A stretch of DNA of 23,530 nt, taken from positions 1-23,530 of the IMG/VR virus record IMGVR_UViG_2534681997_000007; one strand, written 5' to 3'. Positions 15,501 to 23,530 of the stretch are shown here, piece by piece. How positions within the stretch are numbered: position 1 is the first letter of the stretch; every line of letters starts with the position of its first letter. The notes beneath the pieces were generated by a model. It was not told the origin of the DNA, made no database searches, and saw nothing but the letters and a program-made list of their open reading frames with translations. The position numbers and the translations under genes are program-made. Origin of the DNA: a virus. Its lineage: Duplodnaviria > Heunggongvirae > Uroviricota > Caudoviricetes.

Positions 15501-16250
15501 ATGACGAGCCCCGCACAGCGTCACATGATGCGGGTCTCGGCCTCTCAAGCCGCGCAGCGGGAACAAGCCCCGCTGCGCCATGCAACCGCCTACGAGCAGA
15601 TGCTGGTAAAGCTGGCCGATGACCGCCGCACGTTGAAAACCATCCGTTCAAACGAACTGAAAGCCGCGAAAAAGCGTGAGCTGCTGCCGTTCTATGCGCC
15701 GTGGGTCGCCGGTGTGCTGGCTGATGGCCGTGGTGCGCAGGATGACATTCTGATGACCGTCATGCTGTGGCGTCTCGATGCCGGTGATATCGCTGGCGCG
15801 CTGGAAATTGCGCCATACGCGCTGAAGTACGGCCTCACCTCTGACTATCGCCGCACGACACCTTACATGCTGATTGAGGAGGTGGCGCTTGCCGCGCTGC
15901 GCCTGCGCGATGCCGGTGAGCCTGTCGACCTCGCATTACTGCTGACCACCCTTAGCCTGACCGACGGCGCTGACGTTCCCGATATGGTGCGCGCTCGACT
16001 GCATAAGGTGACCGGTCTAACCCTGCGCGATGCCGGTCAGAGCGCCGAAGCGCTGGCACAGTTTCAGCGCGCGATGCAGCTCGACCGCAATGCCGGTGTG
16101 CGCAAAGAGATTGAGCGACTGGAGCGCGCATTGAAGCCAAAGCCAGAGGCAGCATCCCGTAAAACGACTAAACCGCGCACGCGCAAACCTGCCAACAAAC
16201 CGGCGGCAAAGCGCGGGCGTCCACCAAAGGCGGTAAAAACCGCCGGTTAA
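15501..16250 (+). CDS. M: Terminase small (endonuclease) subunit gpM
   Basis: Start moved to ATG 15501 (MTSPAQRHMM...) with SD GGAG upstream; the ORF-track start lies inside N. Confidence 0.85.
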   Translation: MTSPAQRHMMRVSASQAAQREQAPLRHATAYEQMLVKLADDRRTLKTIRSNELKAAKKRELLPFYAPWVAGVLADGRGAQDDILMTVMLWRLDAGDIAGALEIAPYALKYGLTSDYRRTTPYMLIEEVALAALRLRDAGEPVDLALLLTTLSLTDGADVPDMVRARLHKVTGLTLRDAGQSAEALAQFQRAMQLDRNAGVRKEIERLERALKPKPEAASRKTTKPRTRKPANKPAAKRGRPPKAVKTAG

Positions 16251-16279
16251 CTGAACGCTCCCCGAGCCGGGCGGCACGC

Positions 16280-16299
16280 CGGTCAAAGCGGGTTTTGAC
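16280..16299 (+). other. Stem-loop GGTCAAA-GCGGGT-TTTGACC between M and L
   Basis: 7-bp stem read directly, no U-tract. Confidence 0.25.
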
Positions 16300-16343
16300 C
16301 CTGACGGCGACCGGCGTCCACCGCCCAACCTAATGAGGTTGTC

Positions 16344-16853
16344 ATGACGACAGTAATACTGAATCAGCCCGACGAACCGCAGGACGTACCGGGCGTGGTG
16401 ATTCCCGCACCGGAGACGGGCGACGCAGTGATTAAAAACACGTTCTTTTTCCCTGATGTGGATCCGAAGCGGGTGCGCGAACTGATGCGCCTTGAGCAGA
16501 CGGTTTCCGATGCGCGCCTGCGCAACGCCATCAAGACCGGTATAGCGGAAACCAATGCGGAGCTTTACGACTACCGGCTGCGCCAGATTGCCGCAGGGTT
16601 TAAGACACTGGCCGACGTGCCTGACGCCGAGGAAATCGACGGCGAGAATGTGCGCGTTTTCCACTACCTCAGCGCCGTGACGGCGATGGCGACCGCCACC
16701 CTGTATGAGCGTTATCGCGGGGTTGAGGCCACCGGCAAGGGTGACAAAAAAGCCGACAGCGTCGAAACCACCATTGATGACCTGTGGCGGGATATGCGCT
16801 GGTCGGTCTCGCGCCTGCAGGATAAGCCGCGCTGCATCGTGGGTCAGCTCTGA
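16344..16853 (+). CDS. L: Head completion/stabilisation protein gpL
   Basis: 169 aa, same length as P2 L, in the expected position. Confidence 0.85.
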   Translation: MTTVILNQPDEPQDVPGVVIPAPETGDAVIKNTFFFPDVDPKRVRELMRLEQTVSDARLRNAIKTGIAETNAELYDYRLRQIAAGFKTLADVPDAEEIDGENVRVFHYLSAVTAMATATLYERYRGVEATGKGDKKADSVETTIDDLWRDMRWSVSRLQDKPRCIVGQL

Positions 16854-17056
16854 TGAAAGTCTACGCGATGCAGGGCGACATCATCGACGCGCTTTGCGCC
16901 CGGTATTACGGGCGCACTGAGGGCGTGGTCGAGGCGGTGCTGCAGGCTAATCCCGGTCTGTCTGAGCTGGGCGTCATTCTGCCGCATGGCACGGCAATTG
17001 ACCTGCCCGACGTGGCATCGTCACCCGTAACAGAAACTATCAACCTTTGGGAGTAA
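16853..17056 (+). CDS. X: Tail protein gpX
   Basis: 67 aa, same length as P2 X; overlapping start/stop with L. Confidence 0.8.
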   Translation: MKVYAMQGDIIDALCARYYGRTEGVVEAVLQANPGLSELGVILPHGTAIDLPDVASSPVTETINLWE

Positions 17057-17059
17057 ACC

Positions 17060-17356
17060 ATGACAGAAGGGGAAAAAGGCGTCCTATCACTGTTTGTGAT
17101 TGGCGTGATGATTGTTGTCGGAAAAGTGCTGGCGGGTGGTGAGCCCATTACCCCGCGCCTGTTTATCGGCCGCATGCTGCTCGGCGGTTTTGTTTCAATG
17201 GTCGCCGGTGTTGTTCTGGTGCAGTTTCCAGATATGTCACTGCCTGCCGTTTGTGGGATTGGATCCATGCTCGGCATTGCAGGTTATCAGGTGGTGGAAA
17301 TCGCCATTCAGCGCCGCTTTAAGTCACAACAGGGGGATAGCGATGCCGGTCATTAA
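17060..17356 (+). CDS. Holin
   Basis: 98 aa with three hydrophobic segments and a charged C-terminus; directly upstream of the endolysin gene. Confidence 0.7.
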   Translation: MTEGEKGVLSLFVIGVMIVVGKVLAGGEPITPRLFIGRMLLGGFVSMVAGVVLVQFPDMSLPAVCGIGSMLGIAGYQVVEIAIQRRFKSQQGDSDAGH

Positions 17357-17840
17357 TACTCACCAGAATATCGCCGCGTTTCTGGACATGCTGGCCTATT
17401 CCGAAGGGACGGCGATGCATCCGCTGACGAAAAATCGTGGTTACGACGTCATTGTCACTGGCATTGATGGCAAGCCGGAAATTTTCACCGACTACACCGA
17501 CCACCCTTTCGCACATGGCAGACCAGCGAAAGTGTTTAATCGACGCGGCGAAAAATCCACGGCATCAGGGCGTTACCAGCAGCTTTATCTCTACTGGCCG
17601 CACTATCAGAAACAGCTCGCATTGCCTGATTTCAGCCCGTTGTCGCAGGACAAACTTGCGATTCAGTTAATCCGGGAGCGCGGTGCCATTGAGGATATTA
17701 AAGCGGGGCGTATTGAGCGAGCAATTTCACGTTGCCGCAATATATGGGCGTCGCTGCCGGGTGCAGGTTACGGCCAGCGTGAGCACAGCCTCGACAAACT
17801 GGTCACTGTGTGGCGCACGGCTGGCGGGGTGATGGCATGA
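17343..17840 (+). CDS. K: Endolysin, lambda R-type lytic transglycosylase (P2 K position)
   Basis: Motifs FLDMLAYSEGT, GYDVIVTG, DYTDHPF, CRNIWASLPGAGYGQREH resemble lambda R as recalled; start at ATG 17343 overlapping the holin 3' end. Confidence 0.85.
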   Translation: MPVINTHQNIAAFLDMLAYSEGTAMHPLTKNRGYDVIVTGIDGKPEIFTDYTDHPFAHGRPAKVFNRRGEKSTASGRYQQLYLYWPHYQKQLALPDFSPLSQDKLAIQLIRERGAIEDIKAGRIERAISRCRNIWASLPGAGYGQREHSLDKLVTVWRTAGGVMA

Positions 17841-18250
17841 AAATCCTGATAACGCTGCTGGTGCTGGCCGTGCTCGGGCTGCTGTGGTTGCGCCATGAGA
17901 ACGGCAATTTATCCCGCTCCTTTGAGACGGCAAACCGCGTCGCAAGCGAACAAAAGACGACGATTGGCATGCTGAAAAATCAGCTCAGTGTTACCGGTCA
18001 GCTTGCCAGACGTAATGAATCTGCGCAGGTGGCACTGCGTGAACAGCTCGCAAAGGCCAGCGAGGAAGCCAGCCGCCGCGAGCAATCAATAACGAGGTTA
18101 CTTAATGAAAATGAAGCCTTTCGCCGCTGGTATAACGCTGCTTTACCTGATGTTGTGCGTCGGTTGCACATCCGCACCGCCTGCGCCAGCGCCGGTGATT
18201 GTGGTCAACGGATGCCCGAGAGTGAGCCTTTGCCCGATGCCGGGAAGTGA
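17837..18250 (+). CDS. lysB: i-spanin (Rz/LysB-like)
   Basis: N-terminal TM helix MKILITLLVLAVLGLLWL then charged helical periplasmic domain; ATGA overlap with the endolysin stop. Confidence 0.75.
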   Translation: MKILITLLVLAVLGLLWLRHENGNLSRSFETANRVASEQKTTIGMLKNQLSVTGQLARRNESAQVALREQLAKASEEASRREQSITRLLNENEAFRRWYNAALPDVVRRLHIRTACASAGDCGQRMPESEPLPDAGK

Positions 18251-18395
18251 CCCGAAAACCAATGGTGACCTGAGCGCAGATATCCGCCGCCTTGAGGGCG
18301 CGCTGATCGCCTGCGCGCTACAGGTCAAAACCGTCAAACACTGTCAGGATGAACTCGATGCAGAAGCACAAAAGCCTGCGCAAAGCGCTGATTAA
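18105..18395 (+). CDS. lysC: o-spanin (Rz1/LysC-like lipoprotein), starting inside the i-spanin gene in another frame
   Basis: Signal peptide with lipobox-like LCVGC, proline-rich mature region TSAPPAPAPV; SD ACGAGG upstream. Confidence 0.7.
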   Translation: MKMKPFAAGITLLYLMLCVGCTSAPPAPAPVIVVNGCPRVSLCPMPGSDPKTNGDLSADIRRLEGALIACALQVKTVKHCQDELDAEAQKPAQSAD

Positions 18396-18825
18396 CGCCG
18401 TGCCGCAGCTCCGAAACAACCCCGATATGCTGCGCCTTTTTGCCGACAACGGCCATACCGATTCCAGACTGGCGAGCTCGCTGTCGTTTGAAAAGGTGTA
18501 CGTGCTTAACGTGGTGGTGACCGACTTCACCGGTGACCTTGATTTGATATTCGTGCCGGTGCAGGCGTGGCTGCGTGAACATCAGCCGGACATTATGACC
18601 ACCGACGACGGGCGGGAAAAAGGATTCACCTGGATTATTGATATCAATAACGACGATTCGCTCGATATCAGTATCAGCCTGAGGCTCACCGAGCGCACGC
18701 TCGTCAAAGAGGTCGACGGCGCGCTGCATGTCAGCTATGCCCCTGAGCCGCCGCTGCCTGAGCCGGTGACGCGCCCGGTCGAGCTGTACGTTAACGGCGA
18801 ACTGGTGAGTAAATGGGATGAGTGA
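18349..18825 (+). CDS. R: Tail completion protein gpR
   Basis: 158 aa, conserved position after the lysis cassette; start could be the Met at 18358. Confidence 0.8.
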   Translation: MNSMQKHKSLRKALINAVPQLRNNPDMLRLFADNGHTDSRLASSLSFEKVYVLNVVVTDFTGDLDLIFVPVQAWLREHQPDIMTTDDGREKGFTWIIDINNDDSLDISISLRLTERTLVKEVDGALHVSYAPEPPLPEPVTRPVELYVNGELVSKWDE

Positions 18826-19267
18826 GTTAACTGCACTGCAGGAACGCCTTGCCGGTCTGATTGCCAGCCTGTCACCGGCGGCGCGTCGGCAAATGGCGGC
18901 TGAGATTGCGAAAAAGCTGCGTACCAGTCAGCAACAGCGTATCAAGCGCCAGCAGGCACCAGACGGCACCCCGTATGCGGCACGAAAGCGCCAGCCGGTG
19001 AGGAGCAAGAAAGGTCGGATTAAACGTGAAATGTTCGCCAAACTGCGCACCAGTCGCTTTATGAAAGCCAAAGGCAGCGACAGTGCGGCGGTGGTGGAGT
19101 TTACCGGCAAGGTGCAGCGCATGGCGCGGGTGCATCAGTACGGGCTCAAAGACAGACCAAACCGCAACAGCCGGGATGTGCAGTACGAGGCGCGCCCGTT
19201 ACTCGGTTTCACCCGCGACGATGAGCAGATGATTGAAGACGTCATTATCAGGCATCTCGGCAAATAA
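18818..19267 (+). CDS. S: Tail completion/virion morphogenesis protein gpS
   Basis: 149 aa, P2 S-sized, overlaps the R stop. Confidence 0.8.
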   Translation: MSELTALQERLAGLIASLSPAARRQMAAEIAKKLRTSQQQRIKRQQAPDGTPYAARKRQPVRSKKGRIKREMFAKLRTSRFMKAKGSDSAAVVEFTGKVQRMARVHQYGLKDRPNRNSRDVQYEARPLLGFTRDDEQMIEDVIIRHLGK

Positions 19268-19335
19268 ATATTGTGTGAACCACCACCGAAGCCGCGCGAA
19301 TTGGCGCGACTCCAGACCAGAGGCATCCTTGCACT

Positions 19336-19971
19336 ATGAATACGTTATCCACGATACAGGAGCTCGCGCGCGCGATTCGCAACCTCATCCGCTCAGGTGT
19401 GGTGACTGAGGTTGATACCGTGCAGGGGCTGTGCCGCGTACAAAGCGGCGGGATCCAGACTACATGGCTGAACTGGCTGACCACCCGCGCCGGTCGTTCG
19501 CGGACGTGGTGGGCTCCCTCGGTCGGTGAGCAGGTTCTGCTGCTGGCAATCGGTGGCGAGCTTGATACCGCTTTCGTGCTGCCTGGAATTTTCTCCGACG
19601 ATAACCCCGCCCCCTCTGCCTCGGCGGATGCGTGGCAGGTGGTTTTCCCTGATGGTGCGGTCATTGAGTACGAGCCCGAGACCAGTGCGCTGACGGTCAG
19701 CGGCATCAAAACGGCCGACGTGACGGCATCGGGATCCATCACCGCAACCGTGCCGCTGGTACTGGTGAAAGCCTCAACCAGTATCACCCTCGACACCCCC
19801 GAGGTGATTTGCACCAACAAGCTGACGACAGCGACGCTTGAGGTGCAAAAGGGCGGAACGATGAAAGGCAACATCGAGCATACAGGCGGGTCACTGTCAT
19901 CTAATGACAAGGTGCTCCACACCCATAAACACCCCGGCGACAGCGGCGGGCAAACGGGGGCTCCGTTATGA
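19336..19971 (+). CDS. V: Baseplate spike/assembly protein gpV
   Basis: 211 aa, same length as P2 V. Confidence 0.85.
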   Translation: MNTLSTIQELARAIRNLIRSGVVTEVDTVQGLCRVQSGGIQTTWLNWLTTRAGRSRTWWAPSVGEQVLLLAIGGELDTAFVLPGIFSDDNPAPSASADAWQVVFPDGAVIEYEPETSALTVSGIKTADVTASGSITATVPLVLVKASTSITLDTPEVICTNKLTTATLEVQKGGTMKGNIEHTGGSLSSNDKVLHTHKHPGDSGGQTGAPL

Positions 19972-20315
19972 CGGCGCGCTATCAGGGTATGAACCGAAAT
20001 ACCGGCCTCGGCATCAGCGACACTGAGCACATCAGCCAGAGCATGCGCGACATACTGCTGACGCCGGTCGGCTCGCGGGTAATGCGCCGTGAATATGGCT
20101 CGCTTCTGTCGGCGCTGATTGATATGCCGCAAAACCCGGCACTCAGGCTGCAAATTATGGTGGCGTGCTATTCGGCTATCCAGAAGTGGGAGCCGCGCAT
20201 CAGGCTTACCGCCATCAGCTTTGAGACCGGCGACGCTGGCGAAATGTATGTCGATATTACCGGGATGCGCACCGATACCGGTGCGTCAGTTTCAACCACT
20301 GTTTCACTGAGTTAA
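19968..20315 (+). CDS. W: Baseplate protein gpW
   Basis: 115 aa, same length as P2 W; overlaps the V stop. Confidence 0.85.
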   Translation: MTARYQGMNRNTGLGISDTEHISQSMRDILLTPVGSRVMRREYGSLLSALIDMPQNPALRLQIMVACYSAIQKWEPRIRLTAISFETGDAGEMYVDITGMRTDTGASVSTTVSLS

Positions 20316-20321
20316 ATCACT

Positions 20322-21230
20322 ATGGCAACCGTTGACCTGAGTCAGTTACCCGTTCCCGATGTGGTTGAGGAACTGGACTATGAAACCATCCTTGCGGAAC
20401 GCAAAGCGACGCTGATATCGCTCTATCCAGAAGACCAGCAGGACGCTGTCGCCCGCGTGCTCGCGCTGGAGTCCGACCCGATTGTTAAGTTGCTGCAGGA
20501 AAACGCCTACCGTGAAGTTATCTGGCGTCAGCGGGTGAACGAAGCCGCGCAGGCGGTGACGCTGGCCTACTCCGCCGGTAACGACCTCGACGTCGTAGCC
20601 GGGAACAATAATACCGAACGCCTGACCATCACCCCGGCGGATGACACCACCATCCCGCCGACACCTGCCGTTATGGAGTCTGATACCGACCTGCGACTGC
20701 GCACGCAACAGGCGTTTGAGGGATTGAGCGTGGCGGGTCCGGTCGGTGCATATGAGTATCACGGTCGCAGCGCCGACGGGCGGGTCGCTGACGTTTCGGT
20801 CGCCAGCCCGTCGCCAGCCTGCGTGACGATTACCGTGCTATCGCGTGAGGGTGACGGCACTGCCAGCCCTGAGCTACTGGCGATTGTTGATAAAGCGCTG
20901 AACGCCGAAGATGTGCGCCCGGTGGCTGACCGGGTGACCGTCCAGTCAGCCGAGATTGTGCCGTACCAGATTGACGCGACGATCTACGTTTACCCCGGCC
21001 CCGAATCTGAACCCATCAGGCAGGCGTCAGAGCAGAAGCTGCAGAGCTACATCAGCGCGCAGCACCGCCTCGGGCGTGATATCCGTCTGTCAGCCATTTA
21101 TGCGGCGCTGCATGTTGAGGGGGTGCAGCGTGTCGAGCTGACATCACCGCAGGCCGACATAGTGCTGAGTAAGTCGCAGGCGTCGAACTGTACCGAGTAC
21201 CAGATAACTATCGGGGGCTCGGATGAATGA
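20322..21230 (+). CDS. J: Baseplate protein gpJ
   Basis: 302 aa, same length as P2 J. Confidence 0.9.
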   Translation: MATVDLSQLPVPDVVEELDYETILAERKATLISLYPEDQQDAVARVLALESDPIVKLLQENAYREVIWRQRVNEAAQAVTLAYSAGNDLDVVAGNNNTERLTITPADDTTIPPTPAVMESDTDLRLRTQQAFEGLSVAGPVGAYEYHGRSADGRVADVSVASPSPACVTITVLSREGDGTASPELLAIVDKALNAEDVRPVADRVTVQSAEIVPYQIDATIYVYPGPESEPIRQASEQKLQSYISAQHRLGRDIRLSAIYAALHVEGVQRVELTSPQADIVLSKSQASNCTEYQITIGGSDE

Positions 21231-21831
21231 CCGGCTATTACCCGTTGGCTCGTCGCCGCTGGAAGTCGCCGCCGCCGCTGCGTTCTCTGAGATTCAGCGC
21301 GTGCCGGTACCGCTGCGCACCCTGTGGAACTGGCGCACCTGCCCGGTAAAGCTGCTGCCGTATCTGGCGTGGGCGCTGTCGGTCGACAGATGGGATGAGA
21401 AATGGCCGGAGGCGACAAAGCGCAGCGTCTGCGCGTCCTCGTTTTTCGTCCATCAGCACAAAGGCACCATCAGCGCATTGCGTCGGGTCGTCGAGCCGCT
21501 CGGCTTTCTGATTGAGGTGCGCGAGTGGTGGCAACTCGACGAGGAGCCAGGCACATTCCGCCTCGTTGTTGGCGTCCTCGACAGCGGCATCACTGACGAA
21601 ATGTATCAGGAGCTTGAGCGCCTGATTGAAGACGCCAAACCGGCAAGTCGCCACCTGACCGGGCTGGCTATCAGTCTGAGCTCGACCGGCGAACTGTATG
21701 TCGGCGCGGGATGCTATCACGGCGACGCGCTGACTGTTTACCCCTACACCCCCGAGGAGATTGTCGTCGGCGGTGAATATTACCCGGCCTCGGCCATCCA
21801 TTTGATTGATAACCTGAGAGTGAACGCATGA
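21223..21831 (+). CDS. I: Baseplate/tail protein gpI
   Basis: 202 aa; overlaps the J stop; conserved position before the tail fibre gene. Confidence 0.85.
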   Translation: MNDRLLPVGSSPLEVAAAAAFSEIQRVPVPLRTLWNWRTCPVKLLPYLAWALSVDRWDEKWPEATKRSVCASSFFVHQHKGTISALRRVVEPLGFLIEVREWWQLDEEPGTFRLVVGVLDSGITDEMYQELERLIEDAKPASRHLTGLAISLSSTGELYVGAGCYHGDALTVYPYTPEEIVVGGEYYPASAIHLIDNLRVNA

Positions 21832-22937
21832 CCGCAAAATATTTTGCCATTCTGACCAATCAGGGCGCGGCGCGGCTGGCGAACGCGGCGGCACTCGGTA
21901 CCAAACTCAACCTGACGCAGATGGCCGTCGGTGATGCGAATGGTACGTTGCCGACCCCTGACCCGTCGCAGACGAAGCTCATTAACCAGAAACGCATCGC
22001 GCCGCTGAACCTGCTGACCGTTGACCCGGCCAATACCAGTCAGATTATCGCGGAACAGATTATTCCCGAGAATGAAGGTGGTTTCTGGATCCGCGAGATT
22101 GGTCTCTATGACGATGATGGTATTCTGATTGCCGTGGCGAACTGTCCGGAGACCTACAAGCCACAACTGCAGGAGGGAAGCGGTCGCACGCAGACCATTC
22201 GCATGATTCTGGTTGTGTCGAGCACATCGGCAATCACCCTGAAAATCGACCCGGCAGTCGTGCTGGCAACGCGCCAGTATGTCGACGACAAGATTATCGA
22301 GGTGAAAGGATATGCTGATGACCTGATGAAAAAACATGTTGAGGCCGCCAATCCACACAAGCAGTACCCGTTAATCGCTAATGCTCTGAAAGAAATGGTT
22401 GACGCGGGACTGGCCGGCGACGTTCTTAAAAACCTTCGTTTGGGAGCGGGTGCACCTGCCATCGGTATTCCGTTCTTCTGGCCATCCTCGGCGATGCCTA
22501 ATACTGTTATGACAGAATGGGCCGATATGGTGTTTTTGAAGTTCAACGGGGCGACATTCTCAGCGGCTACTTACCCGAAACTGGCACTGGTAATCCCCAG
22601 CCTGACGCTACCAGATGCTCGCGGTGAGTTTCCGCGCATCTGGGATGACGGGCGAGGCGTTGATAGTGGGCGGGCGCTTTTATCTACTCAGGGTGATGCA
22701 GTGCAACGAATGACGGGTTCATTGTCGCAAATGGTGTATTCAATTGCTCAACAAGCATCCGATATAAATGGCGTATTTAGTGCGACATCAGGCACACCTA
22801 ATATTGTGCAGGCGTACTCATCAGCTGGCGCATTACGCTATATGAATGTTAGCTTTGATACACAAAATGTCGTGAGAACATCAACAGAAACTCGCTCCCG
22901 CAATATCGCGTTTAACTTCCTCGTAAGGGCGAAATAA
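21828..22937 (+). CDS. H: Tail fibre protein gpH, short variant with a tail-collar-like distal domain
   Basis: 369 aa; N-terminus conserved with P2 H as recalled (MAVGD, GGFWIREIGLYDDDGILIAVAN, GSGRTQTIRMILVVSS); C-terminal part contains LPDARGEFPRIWDDGRGVDSGR; much shorter than 669-aa P2 H. Confidence 0.8.
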   Translation: MTAKYFAILTNQGAARLANAAALGTKLNLTQMAVGDANGTLPTPDPSQTKLINQKRIAPLNLLTVDPANTSQIIAEQIIPENEGGFWIREIGLYDDDGILIAVANCPETYKPQLQEGSGRTQTIRMILVVSSTSAITLKIDPAVVLATRQYVDDKIIEVKGYADDLMKKHVEAANPHKQYPLIANALKEMVDAGLAGDVLKNLRLGAGAPAIGIPFFWPSSAMPNTVMTEWADMVFLKFNGATFSAATYPKLALVIPSLTLPDARGEFPRIWDDGRGVDSGRALLSTQGDAVQRMTGSLSQMVYSIAQQASDINGVFSATSGTPNIVQAYSSAGALRYMNVSFDTQNVVRTSTETRSRNIAFNFLVRAK

Positions 22938-23530
22938 TGAAACCTGTATTTGATGAAAATGGGCTGGCTAGAGTGCCGGGTGATATGCGTTGTTTTTATT
23001 ATAATGCAGTAACGTATGAATATACCGGCTGGTCTGATGAATATATTAATACTGGCGTAAGTATGCCCGCCTGTTCCACTGGTATTGACCCGGGCGAAAA
23101 CATTCCGGGAAAAGTGGCAGTATTTACAGGTAAGGGATGGAGCCATGAAGAGGACCATCGCAATGAGACTGTTTACTCAATCGAAAATGGCGCAGCTGTT
23201 ACAGTGGATTATATCGGTGACATCAAAAACGGTTATGTCACGCTTTCACCGTTAACGCCATATGATAAATGGGATGGTGAGAAATGGGTGACAGATTCTG
23301 AGGCACAACACGGTGCCGCAGTAGAAGCAGCAGAAGCACAGCGCCAGTCGCTGATTGATACTGCAATGGCTTCCATCAGTCTGATTCAACTGAAATTGCA
23401 GGCCGGACGTAAACTGACGCAGGCAGAAACCACCCGACTTAACGCTGTGCTGGATTACATTGACGCGGTGACGGCAACAGATACCAGCACCGCGCCGGAT
23501 GTCATCTGGCCTGAACTGCCGGAGGCGTAG
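22937..23530 (+). CDS. G: Tail fibre assembly chaperone gpG
   Basis: 197 aa immediately after H; stop codon is the last three bases of the window. Confidence 0.8.
   Translation: MKPVFDENGLARVPGDMRCFYYNAVTYEYTGWSDEYINTGVSMPACSTGIDPGENIPGKVAVFTGKGWSHEEDHRNETVYSIENGAAVTVDYIGDIKNGYVTLSPLTPYDKWDGEKWVTDSEAQHGAAVEAAEAQRQSLIDTAMASISLIQLKLQAGRKLTQAETTRLNAVLDYIDAVTATDTSTAPDVIWPELPEA

Larger units (their letters stand above)
172..23530. mobile_element. P2/186-family prophage, int end to tail fibre assembly gene; continues beyond the right edge, left boundary (attL) lies somewhere in 1-171
   Basis: Collinear P2-like gene order int-cI-apl-cII-A-(cargo)-cos-Q-P-O-N-M-L-X-lysis-R-S-V-W-J-I-H-G with the expected strand switches. 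Confidence 0.85.

Noticed and set aside
16017-16664. 215-aa minus-strand ORF across the M/L junction
   Set aside because: Antisense to two conserved head genes; no RBS.
19248-20153. 301-aa minus-strand ORF across S, V and W
   Set aside because: Antisense to three conserved collinear baseplate genes; low-complexity composition.
21238-22358. Minus-strand ORFs of 218 and 192 aa across I and H
   Set aside because: Antisense to conserved tail genes; Arg-rich GC-frame artefacts.
1-23530. CRISPR arrays, rRNA or tRNA genes, IS elements or transposases
   Set aside because: No regularly spaced direct repeats, no tRNA-like or rRNA-like sequence and no transposase-like ORF recognised by eye; this should be confirmed with dedicated tools.

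Overview
The window is almost entirely one P2/186-family (peduovirus-like) prophage in an enterobacterial-type genome, read from its integrase end. Gene order: a possible terminator at the left edge, integrase (172-1221, -), a secreted-protein moron, a 186-type CI repressor with a duplicated HTH domain, a divergent lytic promoter, Apl/Cox-like and CII-like genes, four small early genes, and the rolling-circle replication protein gpA (4494-6713). Next comes a ~3.3 kb AT-rich cargo island (6714-10028) at the position P2 uses for tin/old, then a 186-like cos site (10029-10047), then the conserved late genes: portal Q and terminase P (-), scaffold O, capsid N, terminase M, L, X, holin, endolysin, embedded spanins, R, S, V, W, J, I, a short tail fibre H and its chaperone G (ends at 23530). 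The prophage continues past the right edge. The part most worth follow-up is the cargo island: a near-consensus LexA box in front of a 60-aa ORF, a Panacea (DUF4065) gene followed after a hairpin by a two-helix membrane protein gene, a small ORF bracketed by an imperfect ~42-bp direct repeat, and a convergent HNH-nuclease gene with an unassigned N-terminal domain. All homology statements rest on motifs read by eye and recalled from memory; no database search was run.
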